This document shows, piece after piece, positions 30,481-41,332 of a stretch of DNA of 64,000 bases. Both the position numbers and the translations under genes were made by a program. The stretch comes from a virus: the IMG/VR virus record IMGVR_UViG_3300007735_000802; one strand, given 5' to 3'. The notes under the pieces were generated by a model that saw nothing but the letters and a program-made list of their open reading frames with translations, ran no database searches and was not told the DNA's origin. How positions within the stretch are numbered: the first letter of the stretch is position 1; each line of letters starts with the position of its first letter.

Positions 30481-32204
30481 TAGATTAGCGTTACATTTCT
30501 GTAGTTAAATGATATTAGATTATTTAATCCCATCGCAAAGTTCTTTTTACGAAGTTGTACATTTAAAGTCGCATTTGTCTTTATCACACCATTTTTGATA
30601 TAGATTACTCCACTATTTGCAATAAAGTAACCGTGATCTCCTGCAATTTTAGTTTCGTAATCTCCATTTGTAGATTTTGTCCATAATTCTAGATTTACTT
30701 TGTTTCCTCTAGAACTATTGCTTGTTAGATACATTACGAGTGCGACATTCGAGTCTGCAACAGGAGAAAGATCGGATGTAAAATCATTTGTTATATCAAT
30801 TCTTGTAAAGAGAGGAACATATAGTTCATTTTGTAAATTAAACGCATAATCCGATCCTGCTTGCATGTCTTTTTGGACAAACAAGAAGAAATCATCAGGA
30901 CTTATGATTAATGAATTGTTTATTGTAGCATCTGCTTGTAAATCTGCAATAAAATCTGAAGAACTGAAAGATACATTGTATTGATTTTGTTTTGCGTATG
31001 ATTGATTAAAAATTGTCTTAACTGTGTTTAATATTGTATTTCTATTTGCAGATCCATTTATTCTGAAAGAAAAATCAACATAAACATTGATCGAATTTGC
31101 CTGAACATATTCGGGATAAACAGTAATTACACTTTTATCTCTCAAGAAATTTATGAATTCTAAAATATTTTCAGCGGAGGGAGAAACATTTGATGTTACA
31201 AAAACTCTACCATATCTTGGAGGAGAAAGATCCTGACCACCAAAAACACTAAATTCGCTTTCAGAATTAAAAAATCCAGCTTCTAATAACAATGCCTTAT
31301 AGTCATTGACTGTAACTGCTCTTTCTTGTGAAGCAAACCACTTTGGTGCAAGATATCGTACCGTGTTGAGATTTGGTCCATCAAGTCCACCACTTGACTG
31401 CTCTACGAGAGTCACTGTGCCTGTAGTTGCTGTAAAGGTAGATAAGAAGTTTGCAGATGTTCCGGTTGCAGTTACATATCTTACAGTCAAAATGTCTACG
31501 GTTTCGTCTATTTCTTTTCCTAGAGAATTTGCTGGTCCAAATTGAATCTTAAATCCATTGTTTGTTCTTTCTATGAAATATATTCTTTGATTTATATCTG
31601 AAACATATCCTATATTGTCAACTCTTGTCCAAACATACTGTATATTATCTTCTACACTGGTTATCTTAATAGAATCTAAATCAAAATTTTGATCAGCAAT
31701 TACTATATTTTGTGTGTCAAAGTCAAAATTTGGTATTGCATCAAATGAAACATAACTTTGTGCTTCGTATATGTAAAATTCTTCAGATACACCATTCAAA
31801 ACATTTGCATCTTCTAGATTATAAAAAGTAAATGCAATTCCATTTTCATTTGTTGTTCTAAATGATGTTCCTGCCGTTATTTTTGTAGAAGCACCCAAAC
31901 CACTTACTATAATTTTTGCCCTTGCTGATTTATTTGATGGAACTGTATATCCTAGAGGTTTAGTCAGAGATATTACAGAATCTTCTTTTTGTGCGCTATC
32001 TAAAAATGCCTCAGCATTGATCATATTTGCATAATATGCATAATAAAATGTATTATATGCAAGCAAATCGATAATGGATTGCATCGCACTACCTTCAAAA
32101 TTATATCCACTGAAAGTTGATTGATTTTTCAAAAAGTCTGTAAGACTTGTTTTGATATCAAAAAATTCAAGATTTCCAAGTGTTGTTGGTGTATTTGCTG
32201 CCAT
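30480..32204 (-). CDS. gp6: Baseplate wedge protein (T4 gp6-like)
   Basis: YNFEGS, DLLAYNTFY, EAFLDSA, QERAVTVNDY, PPRYGRVF. Confidence 0.95.
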   Translation of the reverse strand: MAANTPTTLGNLEFFDIKTSLTDFLKNQSTFSGYNFEGSAMQSIIDLLAYNTFYYAYYANMINAEAFLDSAQKEDSVISLTKPLGYTVPSNKSARAKIIVSGLGASTKITAGTSFRTTNENGIAFTFYNLEDANVLNGVSEEFYIYEAQSYVSFDAIPNFDFDTQNIVIADQNFDLDSIKITSVEDNIQYVWTRVDNIGYVSDINQRIYFIERTNNGFKIQFGPANSLGKEIDETVDILTVRYVTATGTSANFLSTFTATTGTVTLVEQSSGGLDGPNLNTVRYLAPKWFASQERAVTVNDYKALLLEAGFFNSESEFSVFGGQDLSPPRYGRVFVTSNVSPSAENILEFINFLRDKSVITVYPEYVQANSINVYVDFSFRINGSANRNTILNTVKTIFNQSYAKQNQYNVSFSSSDFIADLQADATINNSLIISPDDFFLFVQKDMQAGSDYAFNLQNELYVPLFTRIDITNDFTSDLSPVADSNVALVMYLTSNSSRGNKVNLELWTKSTNGDYETKIAGDHGYFIANSGVIYIKNGVIKTNATLNVQLRKKNFAMGLNNLISFNYRNVTLI

Positions 32205-32596
32205 TATCTATCCCTTGTGATTGGTATTGTTATTGTGTCTTTTATTCCAAAATCTGGTATAGAGAAATCAACCACAACATTTATAGAATAATTCTCAGCA
32301 TCGTTTACAACTCTAATATCATTAATTGAAACTCTATTTTCGTATGTGCCAATGTTTACAGCAATTCTGCTTTGTAATGCAACAACCATTTCCATTGTGT
32401 AATTTTCAAACAAAGAACTTGTGATATTGCATCCAAATCGATTATCAAAAAATCTTTCTCCAGCGTTTGTCAAAATTATATTTTTCAAAGATTGCCTTAT
32501 TGCACTTAAATCTTTAATCTTATTTAAGTCGTTCGTAAAGGCATTTCTGCTTATGAAAAACGGAATGTCTGTATATGTTTGCCTAGTTTGTAGCAT
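32204..32596 (-). CDS. gp25: Baseplate wedge / sheath initiator (T4 gp25-like)
   Basis: AIRQSLKNIILTNAGERFF..FG....LFE, YENRV. Confidence 0.95.
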   Translation of the reverse strand: MLQTRQTYTDIPFFISRNAFTNDLNKIKDLSAIRQSLKNIILTNAGERFFDNRFGCNITSSLFENYTMEMVVALQSRIAVNIGTYENRVSINDIRVVNDAENYSINVVVDFSIPDFGIKDTITIPITRDR

Positions 32597-32608
32597 TATT
32601 ATTATTTA

Positions 32609-35600
32609 TTATTCTTTTTGTGGTAATTTTCCAAAAATTGCTTTTGGATCTTGAGGTTGATCATTTAAATATGGAATTTCATTTCTTGCAAGAGTTACAA
32701 CAAACACATGATTCAATTGTCCTATGAAATTGTGTTCTATTTCAGAAACAAACCATTTTCCTGACAATCCCTTGTATTCTCGGTATGTTAGTTCTGGCAG
32801 ATCGTTTGGAATGATCAATTCTACGATAGAACCTATGTTAATTTTTTCATTTGGAGCAATGGTTATCTTAATTTTTTGTGCTTCCAACAAAGTTGTCTGA
32901 GAAAGTCTTGCCAGTGGCAATTCTGGAGGAGCTCCCCAGAAAGTTGCATACATTCTATTAATCATTAAATACTCATGAAATTTCTTTCCCTGTTCTGGGC
33001 AGTTACAACTACACGAAGATGTGGGATTAGAAAACTCACATCCAAGATAATCTGGACCTAAAACTTCTTCTATTAATGCACATTCGCTTATCTTATTATA
33101 CAACTCATGCAATTCTAAATATGATGGTTCTGGTTCAGATGGCATCAGATATCTTGCTGGACAATTACAATATGGATCATTTGGTAAAGTACATCCAGAA
33201 GATGTAATTAATCCATTTTGAATAGCATTTGGATTTGCACATTTTAATCCAATTTCACTGCACGATCTTAATGTATCTCTAGAATAAACTGTAAATTGTA
33301 TTGAGAAGTTGCGATCAAAGAAATCATACTCAGCATCAACTGGTGGAGTCACAAGTCCATATTCAGTTTCACCGCTTAAATCATATTTCCACAAATCCTC
33401 AACAACTAGATTTGGTCTATAAAGATTGTAACTACCAGCAAGATAATGCATCAGCGATTCTCTAAAATAACCAGTAAAGGTAGCATTTGTCACATCAACA
33501 AATTCTGCTGTTTCTTCATTATCCACAAATATTGACATATTTGGTGCTTGTGTTGAAATCAAATCTTTTGTCTGTTGTGAATTATTTAATCCTAACCAAT
33601 CTTGGAATTCACTGCCATACCATGTTCTCCAGTAATTTGAAGAAATTGTAAAGATAGCCTTTCCTCCAAACATATCTCTTGCTTTTGTGTTTGGAGACTT
33701 CATAATATTTGCAAATCTTATTGGAATAAATAGATTTCTTGGTACAAAGAAAGACCACCAAGATCTATGTGGTTTCAATTTTCTATAACTGTTTGGTAAA
33801 ATAAACGAACCAAGAACAGAAGATCTATAAAGAGGATCAAATTGTTTTCCTGAACTTACACCATAGTGATATAATGATTCCATCCAGTCCTGAGAATCAT
33901 TTTCGAAATAATATCCACCACCCATGTGGTAATCCATATCATAACCACCACCATGAAGATCATTTTGCATTGGATCAAATGTGTAATATGGGAATTCTGT
34001 TTCAAATACTGCTTCAGGCCATAAGTCCATTCCATTATAATCGGTTGACAAATATTCAGAATTATTTAAGACAGAACCAGTATCATGATTCCACCACTTA
34101 TAATAATTGCCCTTATCAACTCCCTGTAATTTTCTATTTGTTGGAATTTCATCCTTTATCTTCTTAACTGCAACATCAAATCCAAATGGGTCCATACCAA
34201 TTACTGCTGCATTATATTTAACTCCCTGTCTACCCATTGGACCAACAGTTAGATTTACAAGATATGGCAAGAAATATTCAGATCCCGCATCACGAACAAA
34301 TCCATTTGGGAAATCATCTGATCTATCCAGTCCTATTGGTTTTTCAAAATCAACTCGAACATATGATGTTATTTCTTCTTTCTTAATATCTGGTGGTTTT
34401 TTATCCTTTGTATCGTAAAAATTGTATGTATTTTTAAAATCACTTACTGTGCCACTCAAAATTTGTAGATCTGATTGTGCAAAACCATAATAATAGAAAT
34501 CTTGATACTTTAATGTAGTTTTGTTTGTAATCAGATTTGCATCATAAACACCAATATGAATTGATGATTCTTGTAGATTTTCAAAAGCAACATATTTTGG
34601 ACCAGTTACATTAAACGATGTTTGATCAACAAATGATGATTGAGCATCTGTATCATCCGAATCAGATACAGCAAACCAAATATGTGGTTTTCTAGAACTG
34701 ATATATGATTGTTCTGTTGATCCATATTTTTTATATCTTTGATTGTAATATGGATGGAAAGTAGATCCAGTATTTCCTCCATAATATATCTGATATTTCC
34801 AATCAGAATATGATGCTCCAGTTATACCAGAAGATTTAGATAAGAGTTCATATCTACTGTTTCTAATTTCTTTTCTTGTTATCTTTTTAATATTTTGTAA
34901 AGAAAGTGGAGATTGAACTGTAGATCTCTCTTGATTCTTAAATACATTCTCTCCTGGTTTTTTCGAAAAGAAAAATGCATTTCTATTATACCAGTTTGTA
35001 TATGAAAGTTCCCATTCGTTTGAGTAAGTTTCAACAATTGCACTTTTTAGATCTTGTAATAACTTCAATTCAATTTTTAAAATTTGAACTTCTGCTATGG
35101 ATGTTCTTCTCAATGCTTCTATGGCAGAAGAACTCAAGCATGTTGTGTTATAACAATATCCAACTGACAGACATGCTTTTGTATTTTGTAAAATTTCTTG
35201 ACTTGTTATTGCAGGAAATAAATCTTTATCTGTTCCATAATCATAGAATGACCAATCAGACAAAGTAGTTGGACTCAATGTTCTCCACAAATAAGGAGCA
35301 GCATATCTGTATATTGGAGATAATTGTGGATTTTGTGCAGGGATATCTTGATTTGAATATTTAATATATCCTCTTATTATTGGATCGCGCGAACAATCTT
35401 TGAGTGCTATTGGATTTATTATTCGAATGTCTTCTTCTGTTGGACCAACTCCAGGTCCAGTTGGACCAGTTGGACCAGTTGGACCGCGAGGTCCGGGTGG
35501 ACCGGGTGGACCTGGAGGGCCTTGTGGACCTTGTCCACCACCTCCACCACCGCCAGTATCACTACAATTTTGTCTACAGAATCCATCACTGCACAGTTCA

Positions 35601-38257
35601 TAAGCAGAACCACATTCACAACCTTCACATCCATTTGGTTTTACAGTTCCATTAATTGCATCACATTCTGCCTGAGACATACAACCACAACCAGAATTTG
35701 TTGTACAACATGCAACTTGGGTTGAGTTACATCCATTTTGACCCAACACTACAGTGCAATTTGGAGATGTTCCCTGTAAAAGAACACAAGGAGCTCCTTG
35801 TGGTAAAGAGGAAAAAGCAGCTTCACATGTCAACTCTTCAAAATTAGAATTGCAATCTTTTGGATTTCCTTGACATGCTATTCTAGCATCTTCTATTCTT
35901 TCCAGATAAGTATCAACGGGATCAATCGGAACACAGATTGGTCCAGAATATGACAATGTACCATTCAGACATTTTCTACATGCAAATACAGATCCCTGAC
36001 AAGTATCATTTGCTCCACCCTGAGAACCACATGGAGTATCACCACCAACAACAGATCTGAATGTTATTTCTTGACCATTTACACCGGATAAAGGGGGTGT
36101 ACTGAAAACAACTTGTGCTACACCATAGTTTGGTGGTATTGAATTATATGGGACATGACCAAATTCATATTCTCCGATAGGCCACTCTGGTATTTGTTCT
36201 CCAGGAACTTCATCGCCAATATATTTAAATCCATCAGTGAGTAATTCTATCGGTCTATATTTTTCGGACTTCTTTGGAATTAATGAAGAATAAAATACAA
36301 AATCTGCTTTTTGTTTATAAATTGCAGCATTTACATTAATGAATTGCTCTAACTTTGAAATTCTATCCGTGATCTCGGTAATAGCAATATCATATAGTTT
36401 TGTTGCTCTTTCTATTACATATTTTTTATATGCAGCAGGAGCATTTGGACCTACCAAATTATAGAATTGACCAATTGTTTCATTGTATGGTTCTTTTGTT
36501 AAATCGTATGATTGTGTAAGACCTCTTTCAAATAGTGTGCTTCCAGAATCATAGTTTAATAAATCAGTAAAAGATCCTGCTGCTACAATTCTATATTCAT
36601 CATCCTTATCCCCATATATTCCAGTTGCTCCAAACAATGCATTATATGTGTAACCGTTTATTGAACCTGGATTTTGTAAGAGATTGATATCATATGTTGA
36701 ACCAAGAGCACCATCTTGGTGACAACATATCGTGCATCTATACACTTCCCATTGTCTTTTTATAGATTTTAATCTCGCATATTCTGTGCGATTATCAATT
36801 AATTTTTCTCTTATACCAAAATGGATTTTTTTAAATGTTTCAAAATCCCAACCAACCATATCAAATTGTGGTTGATATGCAACTGAATCCCACTGTTGTG
36901 TATCTTGTAAATATTTGTTCCATTCTTGACTAAATGGAGAATTTAAAAAGTTTTTATTAAAAAATCCAAAAACATTATCATCATAATATGTACTTGGTAA
37001 AATTTTACCATTAGCTATATCAAATGCAGAGTTTGATTTATTATATTTTGTAATATTCTCTGGTTTATTATTTAACCCTAAAGGAACTTTATCATAATAA
37101 TATTCAACAGCAGTATTATCTTTTAACTGATTCAACAAAATACTATTATTTGTTGTAAAATCTACATACGCTAGATCGCTATATTGATATGATGTATCAT
37201 ATGACTTAGATCCTGGTCCATAATAAACAGGATTGTGTATATAATAATGTGAAAATATAGCACCAGAATCTAGTAATTTTTGAAAGTTATATTGTTGAAT
37301 TACTTGTAATGATAAAATTCTATTTGGATTTGTTGTATCTACTGTGATTATAAATCCATCTACTGGGTCTTTCAACGCGCCTAGCGAATCTCCAGTTACA
37401 CCATTGTTTTCGTGTAACATTTTGGTTACGGATCTAAAGTTCCATCCATTTCTATCGATCCATATAAAATAATCAGCAAGTTTTAAATTTTTATCATATG
37501 CATAATTGCTAAGATAACGAAGTAATTGATTAAATTTAAAAGTAGACTTAGATTTTAACCAAGGATATGCTGAATAATTTTTCTTTAACCAAACACCAAT
37601 ATCAGAACTGTCTATATGATATACTTTTTCTGTAACTTCAGATTCCGTAACAACTTTATTTAATATTCTGTTGATTACTCCACTTTTTTCTAATTCTTGA
37701 TCCGGATTTTTACTAACAGATAAAACATCAATCATTGCTATATCAATATCACTGCTATATTGATTATTAATTCCTCCGGAATTTATAAATTCTAATTTCC
37801 ACGCGGTGGGTCTTTCATCTGCTTCATTTGTTTCCATCAATGAAGCTTCATCGTTTATTTGTTTAGCATTGTATATGTAAAATTTAAAAGTGACTAGGTC
37901 TTCTGATTTTCCTATTTTGAATTGAACTTCTAAGTATTCATTTCCTTGAAATAAAAATTCATCTACCCAATTTCTTGTATCGTATACGATCATAGATCCA
38001 AAAATAAATCCATCGTACATAGATTCTTTGAACACCAAAGAAGAAAATGGTGATTTAACAGTTACTGTTGGATCCCATGGAAGTAATAAAAATGAGTTTT
38101 CTTTATCTCCACGATTATCAATTCTGAATAATTCAATTTTTTCTATCTTAGATTCTATATTAAGAATTTTTCCAGATGGTTCAGAACCTGGTGCTTGATT
38201 CTCTGCTTGAGCACTTATTGTGGAAAGTAATGTCTTAAATTCTATTTCTTTACTCAT
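32609..38257 (-). CDS. Giant baseplate hub protein (gp27-like termini) with a large Cys-rich/collagen insertion
   Basis: N-terminal FKESM...GSM...GNEYL...F and YFIWIDRNGWNFRS; C-terminal ITIAPN..INIGSIV...LSGKWFVSEIEH; lies between gp53 and gp25. Confidence 0.65.
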   Translation of the reverse strand: MSKEIEFKTLLSTISAQAENQAPGSEPSGKILNIESKIEKIELFRIDNRGDKENSFLLLPWDPTVTVKSPFSSLVFKESMYDGFIFGSMIVYDTRNWVDEFLFQGNEYLEVQFKIGKSEDLVTFKFYIYNAKQINDEASLMETNEADERPTAWKLEFINSGGINNQYSSDIDIAMIDVLSVSKNPDQELEKSGVINRILNKVVTESEVTEKVYHIDSSDIGVWLKKNYSAYPWLKSKSTFKFNQLLRYLSNYAYDKNLKLADYFIWIDRNGWNFRSVTKMLHENNGVTGDSLGALKDPVDGFIITVDTTNPNRILSLQVIQQYNFQKLLDSGAIFSHYYIHNPVYYGPGSKSYDTSYQYSDLAYVDFTTNNSILLNQLKDNTAVEYYYDKVPLGLNNKPENITKYNKSNSAFDIANGKILPSTYYDDNVFGFFNKNFLNSPFSQEWNKYLQDTQQWDSVAYQPQFDMVGWDFETFKKIHFGIREKLIDNRTEYARLKSIKRQWEVYRCTICCHQDGALGSTYDINLLQNPGSINGYTYNALFGATGIYGDKDDEYRIVAAGSFTDLLNYDSGSTLFERGLTQSYDLTKEPYNETIGQFYNLVGPNAPAAYKKYVIERATKLYDIAITEITDRISKLEQFINVNAAIYKQKADFVFYSSLIPKKSEKYRPIELLTDGFKYIGDEVPGEQIPEWPIGEYEFGHVPYNSIPPNYGVAQVVFSTPPLSGVNGQEITFRSVVGGDTPCGSQGGANDTCQGSVFACRKCLNGTLSYSGPICVPIDPVDTYLERIEDARIACQGNPKDCNSNFEELTCEAAFSSLPQGAPCVLLQGTSPNCTVVLGQNGCNSTQVACCTTNSGCGCMSQAECDAINGTVKPNGCEGCECGSAYELCSDGFCRQNCSDTGGGGGGGQGPQGPPGPPGPPGPRGPTGPTGPTGPGVGPTEEDIRIINPIALKDCSRDPIIRGYIKYSNQDIPAQNPQLSPIYRYAAPYLWRTLSPTTLSDWSFYDYGTDKDLFPAITSQEILQNTKACLSVGYCYNTTCLSSSAIEALRRTSIAEVQILKIELKLLQDLKSAIVETYSNEWELSYTNWYNRNAFFFSKKPGENVFKNQERSTVQSPLSLQNIKKITRKEIRNSRYELLSKSSGITGASYSDWKYQIYYGGNTGSTFHPYYNQRYKKYGSTEQSYISSRKPHIWFAVSDSDDTDAQSSFVDQTSFNVTGPKYVAFENLQESSIHIGVYDANLITNKTTLKYQDFYYYGFAQSDLQILSGTVSDFKNTYNFYDTKDKKPPDIKKEEITSYVRVDFEKPIGLDRSDDFPNGFVRDAGSEYFLPYLVNLTVGPMGRQGVKYNAAVIGMDPFGFDVAVKKIKDEIPTNRKLQGVDKGNYYKWWNHDTGSVLNNSEYLSTDYNGMDLWPEAVFETEFPYYTFDPMQNDLHGGGYDMDYHMGGGYYFENDSQDWMESLYHYGVSSGKQFDPLYRSSVLGSFILPNSYRKLKPHRSWWSFFVPRNLFIPIRFANIMKSPNTKARDMFGGKAIFTISSNYWRTWYGSEFQDWLGLNNSQQTKDLISTQAPNMSIFVDNEETAEFVDVTNATFTGYFRESLMHYLAGSYNLYRPNLVVEDLWKYDLSGETEYGLVTPPVDAEYDFFDRNFSIQFTVYSRDTLRSCSEIGLKCANPNAIQNGLITSSGCTLPNDPYCNCPARYLMPSEPEPSYLELHELYNKISECALIEEVLGPDYLGCEFSNPTSSCSCNCPEQGKKFHEYLMINRMYATFWGAPPELPLARLSQTTLLEAQKIKITIAPNEKINIGSIVELIIPNDLPELTYREYKGLSGKWFVSEIEHNFIGQLNHVFVVTLARNEIPYLNDQPQDPKAIFGKLPQKE

Positions 38258-38258
38258 T

Positions 38259-39227
38259 TTATATTACCACTCGGAATGTTTTTCCGACTTCTTCTGATGC
38301 TAAAGCATTTTTTACAGTCGCTACGACTGATGACAAATATTCAGATCTCAATACTTTTATTTTTTGTTTAGATATGTATTCTTCAAATTGTGTTTCATCA
38401 ACAGTCTTTTTGCTATACCCATAATTAACACCACTTAAATTAGAATATTTGTAAATCAAAGTGTTTGCAAAATTTTCAAGAGTAGTGGTATCTGAACTAT
38501 CGGTATATATTGTAGATGTGCTTACATTTGGAGCAGTTGCGCCATTGACTACATTTTTAAATGGATTGATTATTAATTTTGAATCAGTTGATGAATCTGG
38601 TTCTGTATAAAAATAATCAACGCTAGTTTCATATTTTTCTGTAAATAGAATAGGTGTATAGTCTGTTGTTTCTGGTTCTAAATCTGTGTTAGAAAATTCT
38701 ATAGTGCTTACTGCTCCTGTTTCTGGATTATATCTTGCAAATAGAATATTATCTCCAGACACAAATGTTCCAACACCATCTGCACCTCTTATTTTTCTCA
38801 AATTAAGATCAAAGTCTTTGATGACTCTATAATGTGAGGTACTAACAGTTGTTGCACTATTTCCAGAGGTAGCAGTAACCTTTACGAGAATATCTCCTCG
38901 TCTTATGTCTGGAAGAGTTGCAATATAAAAAGCATCTCCTCCATAATTTTCTTGTTTTGATTGTGTATATTTTTCTTGTGTCAAAAACCATTCAGAATTT
39001 CGATCAGCAATTGCATTAACCATGAGAACTATCCATGAGTATGCTGTCGAACCGTACATTTTCAAGGAAACACTTTCTGGTGTTTCTCCATCTTGAATAT
39101 AATAATCATAGAAAGCATTAGAACTTGAATTTTGAACATCAAATGATATATGTTTAAAAATATCAGATACCGTTACAGTTCTTTTACCTATCTTATATGT
39201 AATTTGATCGTAATTTTTAAATAACAT
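38259..39227 (-). CDS. gp53: Baseplate wedge protein (T4 gp53-like, LysM-like)
   Basis: YYIQDGETPESVSLKMYG...WIVLMVN; C-terminal KQKIKVLR. Confidence 0.9.
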   Translation of the reverse strand: MLFKNYDQITYKIGKRTVTVSDIFKHISFDVQNSSSNAFYDYYIQDGETPESVSLKMYGSTAYSWIVLMVNAIADRNSEWFLTQEKYTQSKQENYGGDAFYIATLPDIRRGDILVKVTATSGNSATTVSTSHYRVIKDFDLNLRKIRGADGVGTFVSGDNILFARYNPETGAVSTIEFSNTDLEPETTDYTPILFTEKYETSVDYFYTEPDSSTDSKLIINPFKNVVNGATAPNVSTSTIYTDSSDTTTLENFANTLIYKYSNLSGVNYGYSKKTVDETQFEEYISKQKIKVLRSEYLSSVVATVKNALASEEVGKTFRVVI

Positions 39228-39236
39228 ATATTAACC

Positions 39237-40208
39237 TTAAGTTGTTATTTTTGGAATTATATTTCCAAAAGTAAGTATTGCCCCTGATCTGTTTGTGATA
39301 TCTGTTCCGACTTCTCTTCCTGGTTTTGTAACTCTAAAGGCTGGTTCGAGTTCTATGAATTTTAGACCTATAGAATACACTGATGGTTTGATCAAACCAT
39401 CTTTTGATATTGCAGTCAAAAATGGCACATCAAGTGATGTTCTTTTTACCTTTACCGCTGCCAATACAGATAATTGTGGTTGACCAGACCAACTCGTATC
39501 AAATCTAAGAGAATCAATCGGTCCAACTCCAAATATCCAAAGAGGAGGATGATAAAACTTGCTAGTGCTCAAACTTCCCAATGATCTCATTGTGGGAAGC
39601 GCAAGTGATTCAAATGACATTGCAATATCACTCGCACTCTTAGAATCTTCCAAAGTTAAACATGGCAAAACAAGAGTAACATTAAAACTTCTATGAGGAC
39701 CAGATGGATAATATACCACATCGTTGATGTCTGGGAGAGTTAGATTTTGACCATATCCAAAACTTGCAACTCCTGCTTCTGCTAAAGATATAGCATCTCC
39801 TATTTTATTTACAGCTTCTCCTATGGTATCTGCTGTGTATTCAATTTCAGGACTGATTGATTTTAAAACAGAAAATAAACTCTGAACAACTGCTGGTAAT
39901 GATGTAATTGCGGATGTGGGTTGACTGCTATAGTTTATGGAAGTATCAGTTTCAAATCTAACTGGACTTGGCACTATTATTTGTGTCTTTAAATTTGAAA
40001 GTGTTGGAAACGATAAATCTCCATTTGACCTAACATTCGCTGCCACGCGATTTATGGCACTATTTGCATACTCATAGCAATAAAATTTCATCCAAAGTGG
40101 AATAGAAGCTCTTACATCCTCTTTATTTGGGAATATAAGAGTTCCGGTTCTTTCCAATATGGATGCAATATTTGCTTGATTGCCAACTGTATTTGGTGCT
40201 TGTGCCAT
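39237..40208 (-). CDS. gp48: Baseplate tail-tube cap (T4 gp48-like)
   Basis: HRSFNVTL, FYHPP, LKFIELE; precedes gp53 and is divergent from gp4. Confidence 0.7.
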   Translation of the reverse strand: MAQAPNTVGNQANIASILERTGTLIFPNKEDVRASIPLWMKFYCYEYANSAINRVAANVRSNGDLSFPTLSNLKTQIIVPSPVRFETDTSINYSSQPTSAITSLPAVVQSLFSVLKSISPEIEYTADTIGEAVNKIGDAISLAEAGVASFGYGQNLTLPDINDVVYYPSGPHRSFNVTLVLPCLTLEDSKSASDIAMSFESLALPTMRSLGSLSTSKFYHPPLWIFGVGPIDSLRFDTSWSGQPQLSVLAAVKVKRTSLDVPFLTAISKDGLIKPSVYSIGLKFIELEPAFRVTKPGREVGTDITNRSGAILTFGNIIPKITT

Positions 40209-40231
40209 TATTTTCCCTAAATATTTTTATA

Positions 40232-40678
40232 ATGCCCTATAAAACCAAATTTATTCCCAAAAACACTACAAAATATATAGGTGACATAAATAAAATAATT
40301 TGTCGTTCCTTGTGGGAAAGAAAGTTTTGTAAGTTTTTAGATGAAAATAAAAATGTGTTAAGATGGTCGTTTGAGACATTAAAAATACCATATGTCTCCC
40401 CCGTAGATAATATGCCTCATTTGTATCTTCCTGACTTTATAATCGAAAAGAAAAATAAAGAAGGAATAGTAGAGACTTTAGTGGTTGAAATCAAACCATA
40501 CAAACAGACAAAAGAACCAGTTGCTGGAAAAAGAAAAAGTAAAAGATCTTTAATTAATGAAAATATTACTTTTGCTATAAATAAAAGTAAGTGGGAAGCA
40601 GCAAAATCATTCTGCGATAAGCATTCTTGGAAGTTTGTAATCTTAACAGAAAAAGAGTTATTCAATGGCAAGAAATAG
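40232..40678 (+). CDS. gp4: Head completion protein (T4 gp4-like, TnsA-like nuclease fold)
   Basis: KYIGD..IICRSLWERKF, YLPDF, VEIKP, NKSKWEAA, ILTE; start moved to ATG 40232 (MPYKTKF). Confidence 0.93.
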   Translation: MPYKTKFIPKNTTKYIGDINKIICRSLWERKFCKFLDENKNVLRWSFETLKIPYVSPVDNMPHLYLPDFIIEKKNKEGIVETLVVEIKPYKQTKEPVAGKRKSKRSLINENITFAINKSKWEAAKSFCDKHSWKFVILTEKELFNGKK

Positions 40679-41324
40679 CATAGTAGATACCATAACATCC
40701 TTCAGAGAGAATGTAATCTCACGGGGTGGACCTCAAATAGCAGCAATGTACGAGGTCACACTTAACAGTGGCAGCGATCCTCTAGTTTGCTATCCATTGA
40801 CCGTTGTAATTCCTGGTCGTGCCTTTCAGTTTTACGAACACGACATATGGGGTCCATCAAGAAAGATTCCTGTAAAAAGAACATATACTCAATGTAGTAT
40901 GACATTTATTGTGTATCAAGATTGGTTGGAAAGAACATATATTGAAGGATGGATGAATAATCTATTGGCATCAAAATTTATAACTGGAAATGTAAATACT
41001 GTAGATTCTCTTGGTGAAAATGATCTATCGGCATCAACACAAGAACAACAACACATAGGTGTAAGTTTAATTAACTCTTTATCGAATAACTCAGTATCGC
41101 GCGATGCTGTTTTTAGAGAATATGGAGATTATATTAATTATGTAAATGCTACTGGAACAATAAACATCCGAGCATTAAACGCAAGCGACAAAAGCACAAA
41201 CAAAGAAATAGTTTTATTTGAAGCATATCCAGCATCAATAACTCCAATGGCAATGGCAGCCGATGGATCTGGTTATGCCACTTTTAATGTAGGATTTCAA
41301 TATAATAACTATGCATATATTTGA
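40665..41324 (+). CDS. gp54: Baseplate tail-tube initiator (T4 gp54-like)
   Basis: Tube-fold motifs IPGR, GPSRKIP, EAYPASI, FNVGFQY; precedes gp26. Confidence 0.7.
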   Translation: MARNSIVDTITSFRENVISRGGPQIAAMYEVTLNSGSDPLVCYPLTVVIPGRAFQFYEHDIWGPSRKIPVKRTYTQCSMTFIVYQDWLERTYIEGWMNNLLASKFITGNVNTVDSLGENDLSASTQEQQHIGVSLINSLSNNSVSRDAVFREYGDYINYVNATGTINIRALNASDKSTNKEIVLFEAYPASITPMAMAADGSGYATFNVGFQYNNYAYI

Positions 41325-41332
41325 GGAACATT

